This document shows, in pieces, positions 10,005 through 19,482 of a stretch of DNA of 32,000 bases (its first letter is position 1; each line of letters starts with the position of its first letter). Below the pieces are notes generated by a model. The model was not told the origin of the DNA and ran no database searches. It saw only the letters and a list, made by a program, of their open reading frames with translations. This DNA is from Candidatus Saccharimonadota bacterium (GTDB lineage: Bacteria > Bacteroidota > Bacteroidia > Flavobacteriales > Blattabacteriaceae), in assembly GCF_014252315.1 (NCBI RefSeq), contig NZ_CP059216.1:270001-302000 (forward strand), given 5' to 3'. The position numbers were made by a program, and so were the translations under genes.

Positions 10005-10886
10005 TTACTCATCTTTATCTTTTTTATTCATGTTTATATACTTTTTTATATTATTTGATTCATTTATATATTCATACAAATTAGAAAATTTATTTCTAGA
10101 TAAATAATTACGAAATAATTTTATACAACTTATATATAAATTAATAGAATTAATTATATTATTCTTATTAGATAAGAATATAGGATTCCAAGTATTTGGA
10201 TTACTATTTGCCAATCTTACATTAGAAATTAAACTGCTTCCTATCATTTTTTTAAAAATTATTTTTATATCATTTTTTTTATCAAATTTATTTAAAATCA
10301 TTCTAGATAAAGAAAAAGAAATTACATGAGGTAAATGAGAAGTATATGATATATAAAAATCATGTTCTTTAGAACTCATATAAGTTATATGCATATTCAT
10401 AATAGTAGAAAATATTTTTTTTACTATTACTATTGCACTATGATCACTTAATTCATAATCGCAAATAATACAATTTTTTTTATCAAAAAGGGTACAATCT
10501 GCTGATTTTGCCCCAGAAAATTCAGTACCAGCAATTGGATGTGTAGCAACAAAACGATTTCTATTGGGATGATTGTATACACTATTACAAATAGTGTATT
10601 TAGTCGAACCAGTATCTAATACTACCGTGTTCTTATTTACGTCAATTCTATTAAGAATATCAGGTAATATATGAATTATATTATCTACTGGTGTACACAA
10701 TATAATTATTGAAGATTTTTTAATTAAATATTGATAAGAAGTTATTTCATCAACAATTCCTATTTTCTTTGCATAAGAAGAATTATTATCATTTAAATCT
10801 GTTCCTATAACTTTATACTTTTTTCTTAATATTAACCCTATTGATCCTCCAATTAATCCTAATCCAATAATACCAATTACACTCAT
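10005..10886 (-). CDS. tyrA: Prephenate dehydrogenase
   Basis: Rossmann N-terminus VIGIIGLGLIGGSIG, plus VATHPIAGTEFSG and ISYTSHLPHVISF. The ATG overlaps the upstream stop as ATGA (10883-10886). Confidence 0.88.
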   Translation of the reverse strand: MSVIGIIGLGLIGGSIGLILRKKYKVIGTDLNDNNSSYAKKIGIVDEITSYQYLIKKSSIIILCTPVDNIIHILPDILNRIDVNKNTVVLDTGSTKYTICNSVYNHPNRNRFVATHPIAGTEFSGAKSADCTLFDKKNCIICDYELSDHSAIVIVKKIFSTIMNMHITYMSSKEHDFYISYTSHLPHVISFSLSRMILNKFDKKNDIKIIFKKMIGSSLISNVRLANSNPNTWNPIFLSNKNNIINSINLYISCIKLFRNYLSRNKFSNLYEYINESNNIKKYINMNKKDKDE

Positions 10887-12046
10887 AAAAATATTCTATT
10901 TTTTGCTACTTTTAAAATTTCTATAGGACAACAAATCGAAAATCTAACATATCCTTTTCCATTAGTTCCAAATATACTACCAGGAGTAATGAATATATGA
11001 TACTTATTTAAAATTTTTTCCGACCATACAATATCATCTTCGTTATTATTTAATCTAGCCCAAACAAAAATACCTGAATTATTTTTTTTTGAATATTTCA
11101 TTTTGAAAAAATCACATATATTCCATATTATTTTTCTACGGTTAGAATATTCATTATTGATAATTTTAAACCAATTTAAATCATTTCTCATAGCCTCTAT
11201 AGCTCCAATTTGAATTGGATAATACATCCCAGAATGCATTTGACTATTAATTTTTAATATATTTTTAATAAATTTTTTTTTACCTATTACCATTCCAACA
11301 CGCCATCCTGGCATATTATAATTCTTGCTTAAAGAATTTAATTCTAATGCAACATTTTTAGATTCTCTAATATTGAAAATACTTAAAAAGGATCCATTTT
11401 TATTATCTGTTATACAGCTATAAGGATTATCATATACAATTAAAATACGATTTTTTATTGCAAAAGAAACTATTTTTTTCAGTTCCATAAATTGAATATT
11501 AGCACCTGTAGGCATATGAGGATAGTTTATCCAAAAAATTTTAACTTTAGATAAATTTAAAGATTCTAAAAATTGTATATCAGGAATCCAATTATTTTTT
11601 TCATTTAAATTGTAATAAATAATCTTTGCTCCTAATAATTTAGATACAGAAGAATATGTAGGATATCCTGGGTTTGGAATTAATACTTGGTCTCCTTTAT
11701 CCAAATAACACATACTAATATACATAATACCCTCCTTAGATCCTATCAATGGTAATATTTCATTATTAGGATCTAAATTTACCTTATATATTTTTTTATA
11801 CCATTTAGATATAGAATTACGTAAATCTTTTAATCCTATATAACTTTGATAAGCATTTGCATTATTTAATTCTGATGCTTCTTTCATTTTTTTTATTACG
11901 CCATATGGAGGAGTAATATCTGGATTCCCAATTCCTAAATTAATCACATTAATTCCATTTTTTTCAATGGAATTAATCTCTTTCATTTTTTTAGAAAAGA
12001 AATATTCTGATATTTGATTAATTCTATCAGAAGACTTTATAATCAT
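10883..12046 (-). CDS. Class I/II PLP-dependent aminotransferase, probably a prephenate/aromatic aminotransferase given its operon context
   Basis: 387 aa. The PLP-lysine context is NSLSKNYNMPGWRVG, with LGIGNPD and NPGYPTY also present. It sits between pheA and tyrA. Confidence 0.85.
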   Translation of the reverse strand: MIIKSSDRINQISEYFFSKKMKEINSIEKNGINVINLGIGNPDITPPYGVIKKMKEASELNNANAYQSYIGLKDLRNSISKWYKKIYKVNLDPNNEILPLIGSKEGIMYISMCYLDKGDQVLIPNPGYPTYSSVSKLLGAKIIYYNLNEKNNWIPDIQFLESLNLSKVKIFWINYPHMPTGANIQFMELKKIVSFAIKNRILIVYDNPYSCITDNKNGSFLSIFNIRESKNVALELNSLSKNYNMPGWRVGMVIGKKKFIKNILKINSQMHSGMYYPIQIGAIEAMRNDLNWFKIINNEYSNRRKIIWNICDFFKMKYSKKNNSGIFVWARLNNNEDDIVWSEKILNKYHIFITPGSIFGTNGKGYVRFSICCPIEILKVAKNRIFL

Positions 12047-12064
12047 ATCAACTTTTTTGTTTAA

Positions 12065-12901
12065 TTAATTATGCAACATTCCATTTTTATATTCCCCCAT
12101 AATCGTTATGTTATGGAGAAAAGGTATCTCTTTTATTTCTTTTTTTAATTTATTGTAATAAATTATATTATCAAATATAATATCTATATAAAAAGAATAT
12201 TCCCAAGGACGTTGTAAAATAGGAATGGATTGTATTTTTGTCATGTTAATTCCAATATCCGATATAAAACTTAATAGTTTAGATAAACTACCAGTGGTAT
12301 GTAATATGTCAAATTTTAATGATGCTTTATTAAATAAATTGTTTTTTTTATTATTATGTTTATTTTTAATTACAAAAAATCTTGTAAAATTATTTTTAGT
12401 AGTTTGAATATTATCATACAAAATTTCTAATCCATATTCACGAGACGCGTATTCTGAAGCAATTGCTGCAACTTTTTTCTTATTGTATTTAGAAATATAT
12501 TTTGCTGCAGAAGCTGTATCCATATATTCAGATTTTTTTAAGTATGGATGAGCGTCCATAAATAATTCACATTGCAAAAAAGCCATAGGATGAGAAATAA
12601 TTTCTTTTATATCTTCTATTTTTTGTCCTGGAAATGCCATTAAATGATGTTTTATAGGCATATAAATTTCTCCTACAATTTTTATATTATATTCGGAAAG
12701 AAGATTATAATTACTAAGTATAGTACCTGCTATAGTATTTTCTATAGCCATAACTCCAGCATATACATCAGATTTTGATACAGATAAAGCTAATTTCCTA
12801 AAAGAAGAACATTCCATCAACTTATAATTTTTTTTAAAATACTTAGAAACAGCAGCATGATGAAAACAGCCTTTTATACCTTGTATTGCTATTATATTCA
12901 T
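12065..12901 (-). CDS. pheA: Prephenate dehydratase with C-terminal ACT domain
   Basis: IAIQGIKGCFHHAA, AIENTIAGTI, NFTRFFVI, and the ACT segment GSLSKLLSFISDIGINMTKIQSIPI. Confidence 0.9.
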   Translation of the reverse strand: MNIIAIQGIKGCFHHAAVSKYFKKNYKLMECSSFRKLALSVSKSDVYAGVMAIENTIAGTILSNYNLLSEYNIKIVGEIYMPIKHHLMAFPGQKIEDIKEIISHPMAFLQCELFMDAHPYLKKSEYMDTASAAKYISKYNKKKVAAIASEYASREYGLEILYDNIQTTKNNFTRFFVIKNKHNNKKNNLFNKASLKFDILHTTGSLSKLLSFISDIGINMTKIQSIPILQRPWEYSFYIDIIFDNIIYYNKLKKEIKEIPFLHNITIMGEYKNGMLHN

Positions 12902-13075
12902 ATAGACATATCCTACTAAATATTTTAAAATAAAATTAAGTAATTACCAATAATAATCATAAATTTTATATTTATAACAAATATAAGTAAATCATCAAAA
13001 AATTTTTTCATAATATAATATATATGATAAAATTTGAATAAAAATACAACACAAAGAAATATAACCTTAAATGAA

Positions 13076-14374
13076 ATGGAAAAAGAAAATAAAATTTCAT
13101 CATTATCAAATTCATTATCATCCATTTCTGTTCCATCATCAAAAGATAGTTTTTGGAAAAAATTATTAGCGTTTACTGGTCCTGGATTATTAATTGCAGC
13201 AGGATATATGGATCCAGGAAATTGGGCTACAGATATAAATGGAGGATCTAAATTTGGATATACACTTTTATCAGTTATATTTTTTTCAAATATATTTGCT
13301 ATTATTCTACAATATTTATCAATTAAATTAGGAATTGTATATGAAAAAGACTTAGCTCAATCTTGCAGAGATAATTATCATCCTATTATTAATTTTGTGT
13401 TATGGCTATTTTGTGAAATAGCTATTTGTGCATGTGAATTATCAGAAATTATTGGTTCTGTACTAGCATTAAAATTACTTTTTGGAATTAATACAATATG
13501 GGCTATATTAATCACTGTTACAGATGTATTATTTATATTATTCTTTCAATCTAAAGGATTCAGATATATAGAAATCATAATTGCCGTATTAGTACTAATA
13601 ATATTGATTTGTTTTGTATTCGAAATTTTAATATCTAAACCTAACATTACTCTTATTTTAAAAGGAATAATCCCTAACAAAAAAATAATTACAAATCCAG
13701 AATCTATTTTTATATCAATAGCTATATTAGGAGCTACCGTTATGCCTCACAATCTTTATCTTCATTCTAGTATAGTTCAAACTAGAAATTATCCAAGAAC
13801 TATAGAAGGTAAAAAAATGGCTGTAAAATATGCAACAATAGATAGTATTTTATCATTATTATTAGCATTTTTTATTAATTCCTTTATATTAATTGTTTCT
13901 GCAGCAACATTTCACAAATATAAATATCATATCATAGATATAATGGAAGCACATAAAATTTTAATTCCTATATTAGGAAATTTTTCAGGCATTCTTTTCT
14001 CTATAGCCTTGTTAGCTTCAGGGCAAAATTCTACTTTAACTGGAACTATAACTGGACAAATAATAATGGAAGGATTTATAAATATTAGGTTAAAACCTTG
14101 GATAAGAAGAATTATAACAAGAACAATATCTATCATACCTGCAATAATAATATATATTATATATGGAGAAGAAGGAGAAACTAAACTGTTAATAATAAGT
14201 CAGATTATTTTGTCTTTACAATTAACATTTGCAGTTATTCCATTAGTTTGTTTCACTGGAGATAAAAAAAAAATGGGTATTTTTGTTAATGGAACAATAA
14301 TAAAAATATTGTCTTGGACAATATCTATTATCATAATATTACTGAATATAATTATGATATATAAAAATTCATGA
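13076..14374 (+). CDS. mntH: NRAMP-family divalent metal (Mn2+/Fe2+):H+ symporter
   Basis: FWKKLLAFTGPGLLIAAGYMDPGNWATDI and ATVMPHNLYLHSS, with multiple hydrophobic spans. The track start at 13034 is a TTG, and the first in-frame ATG is at 13076 (MEKENK...). Either start is possible. Confidence 0.88.
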   Translation: MEKENKISSLSNSLSSISVPSSKDSFWKKLLAFTGPGLLIAAGYMDPGNWATDINGGSKFGYTLLSVIFFSNIFAIILQYLSIKLGIVYEKDLAQSCRDNYHPIINFVLWLFCEIAICACELSEIIGSVLALKLLFGINTIWAILITVTDVLFILFFQSKGFRYIEIIIAVLVLIILICFVFEILISKPNITLILKGIIPNKKIITNPESIFISIAILGATVMPHNLYLHSSIVQTRNYPRTIEGKKMAVKYATIDSILSLLLAFFINSFILIVSAATFHKYKYHIIDIMEAHKILIPILGNFSGILFSIALLASGQNSTLTGTITGQIIMEGFINIRLKPWIRRIITRTISIIPAIIIYIIYGEEGETKLLIISQIILSLQLTFAVIPLVCFTGDKKKMGIFVNGTIIKILSWTISIIIILLNIIMIYKNS

Positions 14375-14821
14375 ATCAGACAATACCTCAAATGACAACG
14401 TAATACTATGTTTTCTATGTATACAAATAATTGCTTGATATTTACCAATTGATTTAATTGGTTTATTACCAGTAATTTTAATAAATTTTTTATCTATATT
14501 TATTCCTTTTGAATTTAATATTTCCATAATTTTTTGATTATTTATAGATCCAAATAGCTTACCATTTTTACTTACTTTAACTGGTATTTTTATATTCAAT
14601 TCTTGTATTTTTTTCTTTATATAATTTGATTTTTCTATTAAAATACGTTCATTTTTAAATCTGTTTTTTAAAGTTTCTTTTATTCTTTTAGCATATACAC
14701 ATGATGATAACACAGCAAGTCCTTTTGGAAAGAGATAATTTCTAGCGTATCCAGCTCTAACTTCTAATTCATCATACTTAAATCCTAATTTTTCTATATC
14801 TTTTTTTAATAAAATTTTCAT
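14369..14821 (-). CDS. rplI: 50S ribosomal protein L9
   Basis: MKILLKKDIEKLGFKYDELEVRAGYARNYLFPKGLA. It follows rpsF and rpsR in the conserved order. Confidence 0.92.
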   Translation of the reverse strand: MKILLKKDIEKLGFKYDELEVRAGYARNYLFPKGLAVLSSCVYAKRIKETLKNRFKNERILIEKSNYIKKKIQELNIKIPVKVSKNGKLFGSINNQKIMEILNSKGINIDKKFIKITGNKPIKSIGKYQAIICIHRKHSITLSFEVLSDS

Positions 14822-14833
14822 AATTAATTTGAT

Positions 14834-15223
14834 TTATCTCAAATCATCTGTAACAAAAGGTAATAATCCAATTTGTCTACATCTTTTTATGGCATAATTT
14901 AATTTATTTTGATTTTTTTGCATAGTCCCAGTTATACGTCTAGGCAATATCTTCCCTTGTGAATTAAGAAATTTAATTAAAAAAATTGGATCTTTATAAT
15001 CTATATATTTAATTTTCCTTTTTTCAAAATAGCAGTACTTTTTTTCTATTTTAGTTTCTATTTTTACAGGAGACAAGTATCTTAAATCACTTTCTGATGA
15101 AGATGATTTTACATTTATATTTTTTTTTTGATCATTTATATTTTTTTTTTGATCATTTATATTTTTTTTTTGATCATTTATATTTTTTTTTTGATCATTT
15201 TGATTATTATTTTTTGATATCAT
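14834..15223 (-). CDS. rpsR: 30S ribosomal protein S18 with a repeat-expanded N-terminus
   Basis: The conserved core is LRYLSPVKIE...KYCYFEKRKIKYIDYKDPIFLIKFLNSQGKILPRRITG...AIKRCRQIGLLPF. It is preceded by (NDQKKNI)x4. Confidence 0.92.
   Translation of the reverse strand: MISKNNNQNDQKKNINDQKKNINDQKKNINDQKKNINVKSSSSESDLRYLSPVKIETKIEKKYCYFEKRKIKYIDYKDPIFLIKFLNSQGKILPRRITGTMQKNQNKLNYAIKRCRQIGLLPFVTDDLR
15112..15195 (-). repeat. Perfect 21-bp tandem repeat, 4 copies plus a 5-nt partial fifth, inside the 5' end of rpsR
   Basis: The + strand unit is catttata-T10-gat, starting at 15112, 15133, 15154 and 15175. On the coding strand this reads ATC AAA AAA AAA ATA TAA ATG phase-shifted, so each copy encodes DQKKNIN. 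Confidence 0.95.
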
Positions 15224-15225
15224 AA

Positions 15226-15582
15226 TTATTTATGTTTTATACTATCATTTTCTTTTAATTTTTTTCTTCTTTTTTCTGCATATTCTATTCCATATTTATT
15301 CAACTTAACAGTTAAAAAACGTAATATCCTTTCATCTTGTCTTAATTTCAATTCTAAATCAAAAATAAAATTAGGACTTAATAAAAATTCAAATAAGTGA
15401 TAACATCCACTTTGTTTTTTTCTAATAGAATAAGATAATTTTTTCAACCCCCAATGTTCTTGATAGACAACTCTACCTTCTTTTTTAATCAAGTAATCTT
15501 CATATTCTTTTGCTGTATTTTTTGCTTGATCATCAGATAATATAGGGGTAATTATCACAACACATTCATAATGCCTAAGCAT
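15226..15582 (-). CDS. rpsF: 30S ribosomal protein S6
   Basis: MLRHYECVVIITPILSDDQ...GRVVYQEHWGLKKLSYSI. It is the first gene of the rpsF-rpsR-rplI cluster. Confidence 0.92.
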   Translation of the reverse strand: MLRHYECVVIITPILSDDQAKNTAKEYEDYLIKKEGRVVYQEHWGLKKLSYSIRKKQSGCYHLFEFLLSPNFIFDLELKLRQDERILRFLTVKLNKYGIEYAEKRRKKLKENDSIKHK

Positions 15583-15634
15583 AATTAAATTTATGAAATA
15601 TTAACAATAACAAATTTATGAATTATTAATGAAA

Positions 15635-17137
15635 TTATAAAAATTTAATTTTTTCTATTAATTTTTTTATACGGATAAAACATTCTTTTTTTCCTAACAT
15701 TTTAAATATTATAAATAATTCAACTCCTTTTATTCTTCCTACTAATGATAACCGTATTAATTGTAACAACACTTTTTTATCTTTTTCTTTGTAAAAAAAA
15801 GACTTTAATCTATCAAAAGAAAAATTTTTCATACATAATTTATTATTTATATATTCCAATTTATGGATACCATATTTTGGATTTACATATTTAAATAAAC
15901 TATAATCATAGCTATCAGGAGCTACAAAAAAATAATAAGAATACTTCCATATCTCATGAATAAAACAAATCCTATTAATAGTTAAATGAATAACTTTCCA
16001 TATATATTTTTTTTCAAAAAACAAAGAACGTTTTTTCAATTCTTCAACAAGAAAAATAAAAATATCTTTCTTTTTATTTTTAATATATTGTTTATTAAAC
16101 CAAATAGCTTTTTTAATATCAAAAAAAACACCAGATTTACTAATATTATTTATAGAAAAATAATTTATTAATTCTTGTAAAGATAATATTTCCTTATTAT
16201 CTCCAGGATTCCATCCTAATAAAGCTATCATGTTAATAAATGATTCAGAAAAAAATCCTAACTCTCTAAATCCAGGAATAATTTTTTTATTAATAGGATC
16301 TTCCCATTGTATAGGAAATATAGGATAAGAAGATGATGATATATTTCTTTTACTAATTTTTCCTTTTCCATCTTTTCTCAAAATTAATGGTAAATGAGCA
16401 AAATATGGAGGCTTCCATCCAAAAGAATTGTATATAAGAATATGAAAAAATACAGATGAAATCCATTCATCTCCTCTTAAAACATGAGTAATATTCATAA
16501 TATGATCATCAATAGTATTAGCTAAATGATATGTTGCTGATTTATCCGATTTCAACAAAATTTTATCATCTAAATAATTTGTATTAATTTCCATATATCC
16601 TCTAATCATATCCGAAGCCTTTAATATTATTCCAGGATTAATTTTAAATCTTACTACATAAGAACAATTAGATTTCAATCTTCTATTTAACTCATTTTTT
16701 GTCATAGATAATGAATTATCCATATTCATTCTAACATTATGATTATAAGAAAAAGTTAATCCTAATTTTTCATATTCTTTTCTCTTATTAAAGAGATTTT
16801 CATCTGTATCAAATGCATAATAAGCATATCCGTTTTTTAATAATTTATTTAAATAAAATTCATATATATGATTTCTTTTAGATTGATAATAAGGATAATG
16901 AGGGCCTCCACATCCAACTCCTTCATCAGGATTTATTCCACACCAATTCAATGTTTCTAATATATATGATTCAGAAATAGGATTTAATCTTTTTTTATCA
17001 GTATCTTCTATCCTAAGAATAAATGTACCATTATTCTTTTTAGCGAAAAGATAATTGTACAAAGCTGTTCTTACTCCTCCTAAATGAAGAATCCCAGTGG
17101 GACTAGGGGCAAAACGAACGCGAATAGGTTTTAACAT
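15635..17137 (-). CDS. gltX: Glutamyl-tRNA synthetase
   Basis: MLKPIRVRFAPSPTGILHLGGVRTALYNY (HIGH region), ILRIEDTD, and KISKR (KMSKS-type loop). The track start at 17158 is a TTG overlapping mnmE. The ATG at 17137 restores the standard N-terminus. Confidence 0.93.
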   Translation of the reverse strand: MLKPIRVRFAPSPTGILHLGGVRTALYNYLFAKKNNGTFILRIEDTDKKRLNPISESYILETLNWCGINPDEGVGCGGPHYPYYQSKRNHIYEFYLNKLLKNGYAYYAFDTDENLFNKRKEYEKLGLTFSYNHNVRMNMDNSLSMTKNELNRRLKSNCSYVVRFKINPGIILKASDMIRGYMEINTNYLDDKILLKSDKSATYHLANTIDDHIMNITHVLRGDEWISSVFFHILIYNSFGWKPPYFAHLPLILRKDGKGKISKRNISSSSYPIFPIQWEDPINKKIIPGFRELGFFSESFINMIALLGWNPGDNKEILSLQELINYFSINNISKSGVFFDIKKAIWFNKQYIKNKKKDIFIFLVEELKKRSLFFEKKYIWKVIHLTINRICFIHEIWKYSYYFFVAPDSYDYSLFKYVNPKYGIHKLEYINNKLCMKNFSFDRLKSFFYKEKDKKVLLQLIRLSLVGRIKGVELFIIFKMLGKKECFIRIKKLIEKIKFL

Positions 17138-17142
17138 ATATA

Positions 17143-18546
17143 TTACTTTCCAATACAAAATTTAGAAAATATATTATTTAATATATCTTCATTTGTTACT
17201 TCACCAGTAATTTCATATAAAAAATTCATTGCATTTTTTATATGTATAATAATAAAATCTTCAGATAATCCTTTGTTAAAATTGTTAATAGATAATAATA
17301 TTTCCTTTAATGAATTATGAAAAGACTCATAATGTCTTATTTGTGTTACAATAATTTTATTTTTTTTTATTCTGTTTATAAAAACAGTACTTAAAACATG
17401 AATTACTTTTTCTATATCTATATGATTTATTGCAGAAATTTTAAAAAAATAAGGAATACTTGATATTCCACAAAAATCTTTAAAAGAATATATATCTTTT
17501 TTATTTGCCAATACGAATATAATTTTTTTTGGATATTTCATATTAAAATCACGTATTTCGTTAAAAATTATTTTTTGTTCTGTATTTTTTACACAAGCAT
17601 TAAATAAATAAAATATAACATGAGATTCATCTATCTTATCCATAGTTTTTTTAATTCCTATAATTTCTATAGGATCATCAGATTTACGTAATCCTGCTGT
17701 ATCTATAAAACGAAATAAAATTCCTTTTATATTAATAGTTCCTTCTAAAAAATCTCTAGTAGTTCCTTTTATAGGAGAAACTATAGAACGATCTTCTTTA
17801 AGAACTTTATTAAAAAAGCTAGATTTTCCTACATTAGGATTACCTATAATAACAACATTTACACCATTTTTTATAGCATTACCCAATGAAAAAGATTCTA
17901 CTAAATATTTTAATTTATTTTTTATTTCATTCAAATAATAATATATTTTTTTTTTGTTATCACAAATTAAGTTATCCTCAGAAAAATCTAATTCTAATTC
18001 TAATAAGGAAACCAAATTCAAAAATTTTTTCTTTAATTTTTTTATTTCTTTATTTAAAGATCCTTTAACTTGTTGAAAAAAAATATTGTGACATGATTCG
18101 TTTTCAGATTTTATTAAATCTGAAATAGCTTCTGCTTGTGTTAAATCCAATTTTTTATTTATGAAAGCACGTAATGTAAATTCTCCTGGACGAGCTATTC
18201 TAATTCCATTAGAAACTAATAACCGTAAAATTCTTTGATATATATATTGAGATCCATGACAATAAATTTCTATCATATTTTCTCCTGTATAAGAATGAGG
18301 ACTTTTAAAAATAGATATCATTACTTTATCTATTTCTTTTTTTATTTTTTCACCATATCCTTTTATATAACCCAAATGAATTGTATGTGTTGATTGATTA
18401 ATTAATCTTTTCTTTTTTTTATTTAAAAAATGAAATATATTTTCGATAATATATATTGAATTATATCCAGAAATACGAATAATGGAAATAGCACTGTATC
18501 CATAGGGAGAAGTTGCTAAAGCTGCAATAGTATCATTATCTAACAT
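17143..18546 (-). CDS. mnmE: tRNA modification GTPase MnmE (TrmE)
   Basis: DTIAALATSPYG..ISIIRISG, the G-domain motifs GNPNVGKSS, DTAG and NKKD, and the C-terminal CIGK. Confidence 0.93.
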   Translation of the reverse strand: MLDNDTIAALATSPYGYSAISIIRISGYNSIYIIENIFHFLNKKKKRLINQSTHTIHLGYIKGYGEKIKKEIDKVMISIFKSPHSYTGENMIEIYCHGSQYIYQRILRLLVSNGIRIARPGEFTLRAFINKKLDLTQAEAISDLIKSENESCHNIFFQQVKGSLNKEIKKLKKKFLNLVSLLELELDFSEDNLICDNKKKIYYYLNEIKNKLKYLVESFSLGNAIKNGVNVVIIGNPNVGKSSFFNKVLKEDRSIVSPIKGTTRDFLEGTINIKGILFRFIDTAGLRKSDDPIEIIGIKKTMDKIDESHVIFYLFNACVKNTEQKIIFNEIRDFNMKYPKKIIFVLANKKDIYSFKDFCGISSIPYFFKISAINHIDIEKVIHVLSTVFINRIKKNKIIVTQIRHYESFHNSLKEILLSINNFNKGLSEDFIIIHIKNAMNFLYEITGEVTNEDILNNIFSKFCIGK

Positions 18547-18574
18547 AATTTAACATTTAAAAAATATTATTTTT

Positions 18575-19467
18575 ATGTATTCATTATATCAATTTTACAA
18601 TATATTCATAAAAAAATTAATAAAATTGTATCAAAAAAAAGAATTAGATAATATATTTTTCTTATTAACTACTAATGTTTTAAAATGTGATAAAACATCC
18701 GTATTTATGCAATTAGTTAAAAAAGAAAACATAGATTTTTTTTTTATAAAAAATTAGTAGAGAAATTAGAAGAGTTAAAAAAAAATAAACCAATTCAATA
18801 CATTCTTGGAATGACTTACTTTTTAGAAATGAAATTTCTAATTAACAAAAAAGTTTTTATTCCGAGACCAGAAACAGAAGAACTTGTACATTGGATTATT
18901 AAAAATCATTTTAATAATAAAAATAAAATGCAAGTATTTGATTTATGCACAGGTAGTGGATGTATAGGTATTTCTTTAAAAAAAAAATTATCAAATATTA
19001 TTGAAAATGTATATGCAATAGATTTCTCTAATGAATCTATCAAAATTGCTCGAAAAAATGCTGTATTGAATAATGTAAAAATAAATTTTATGATTACAGA
19101 TATTATAAAAAATATAGATTCAATTCCTAATTCAATTATAAATAATAATTTTACTAATCTTATAGTAAGTAATCCTCCGTATATAAAAACGTCTAATAAA
19201 AAAAATTTACATTATAATATTATTTGTTATGAACCACATGATTCTATATTTGTTTCTGATAAAAATCCGATAATTTTTTATAAAAATATTTCTTCATGGA
19301 TTATTAAAAAATTTAATGGAATTGTTTACTTATATTTTGAAATAGATTCAATTTATAATAATATAATTACTAAAAATTTAAAATCATTAGGGTTTTTTAA
19401 TATAAAAACTAAAAAAGATTTTCAAGGTATTTACCGAATGATATATGCTGAATATCATTCAGGTTAA
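18575..19467 (+). pseudogene. prmC: Release-factor glutamine N5-methyltransferase (PrmC/HemK), split into two ORFs (18575..18757 and 18811..19467) by a frameshift in a T10 tract at 18736-18745
   Basis: ORF2 carries PIQYILG(M)TYFLEMKFLINKKVFIPRPETEELV, DLCTGSGCIGISL and the catalytic IVSNPPYI. Its frame is open upstream to 18721 with no start codon. ORF1 (60 aa, ATG at 18575) is HemK-N-domain-like and ends 10 nt after the T10 run. One extra T joins them as ...KKENIDFFFYKKLVEKLEELKKNKPIQYILG.... Confidence 0.8.
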
Positions 19468-19482
19468 ATAAACTTAAATAAA

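Noticed and set aside
12949-12963. aataataatcataaa in the spacer upstream of mntH resembles a Fur/metal-regulator box (GATAATGATAATCATTATC).
   Set aside because: The match is partial and made of A/T-only words that occur by chance at this composition. No regulator gene is visible in the window.
12925-13125. A 66-aa minus-strand ORF in the pheA/mntH divergent spacer.
   Set aside because: It overlaps the mntH 5' end, has no conserved motif and has purely composition-driven sequence. The spacer is better explained as a divergent promoter region.
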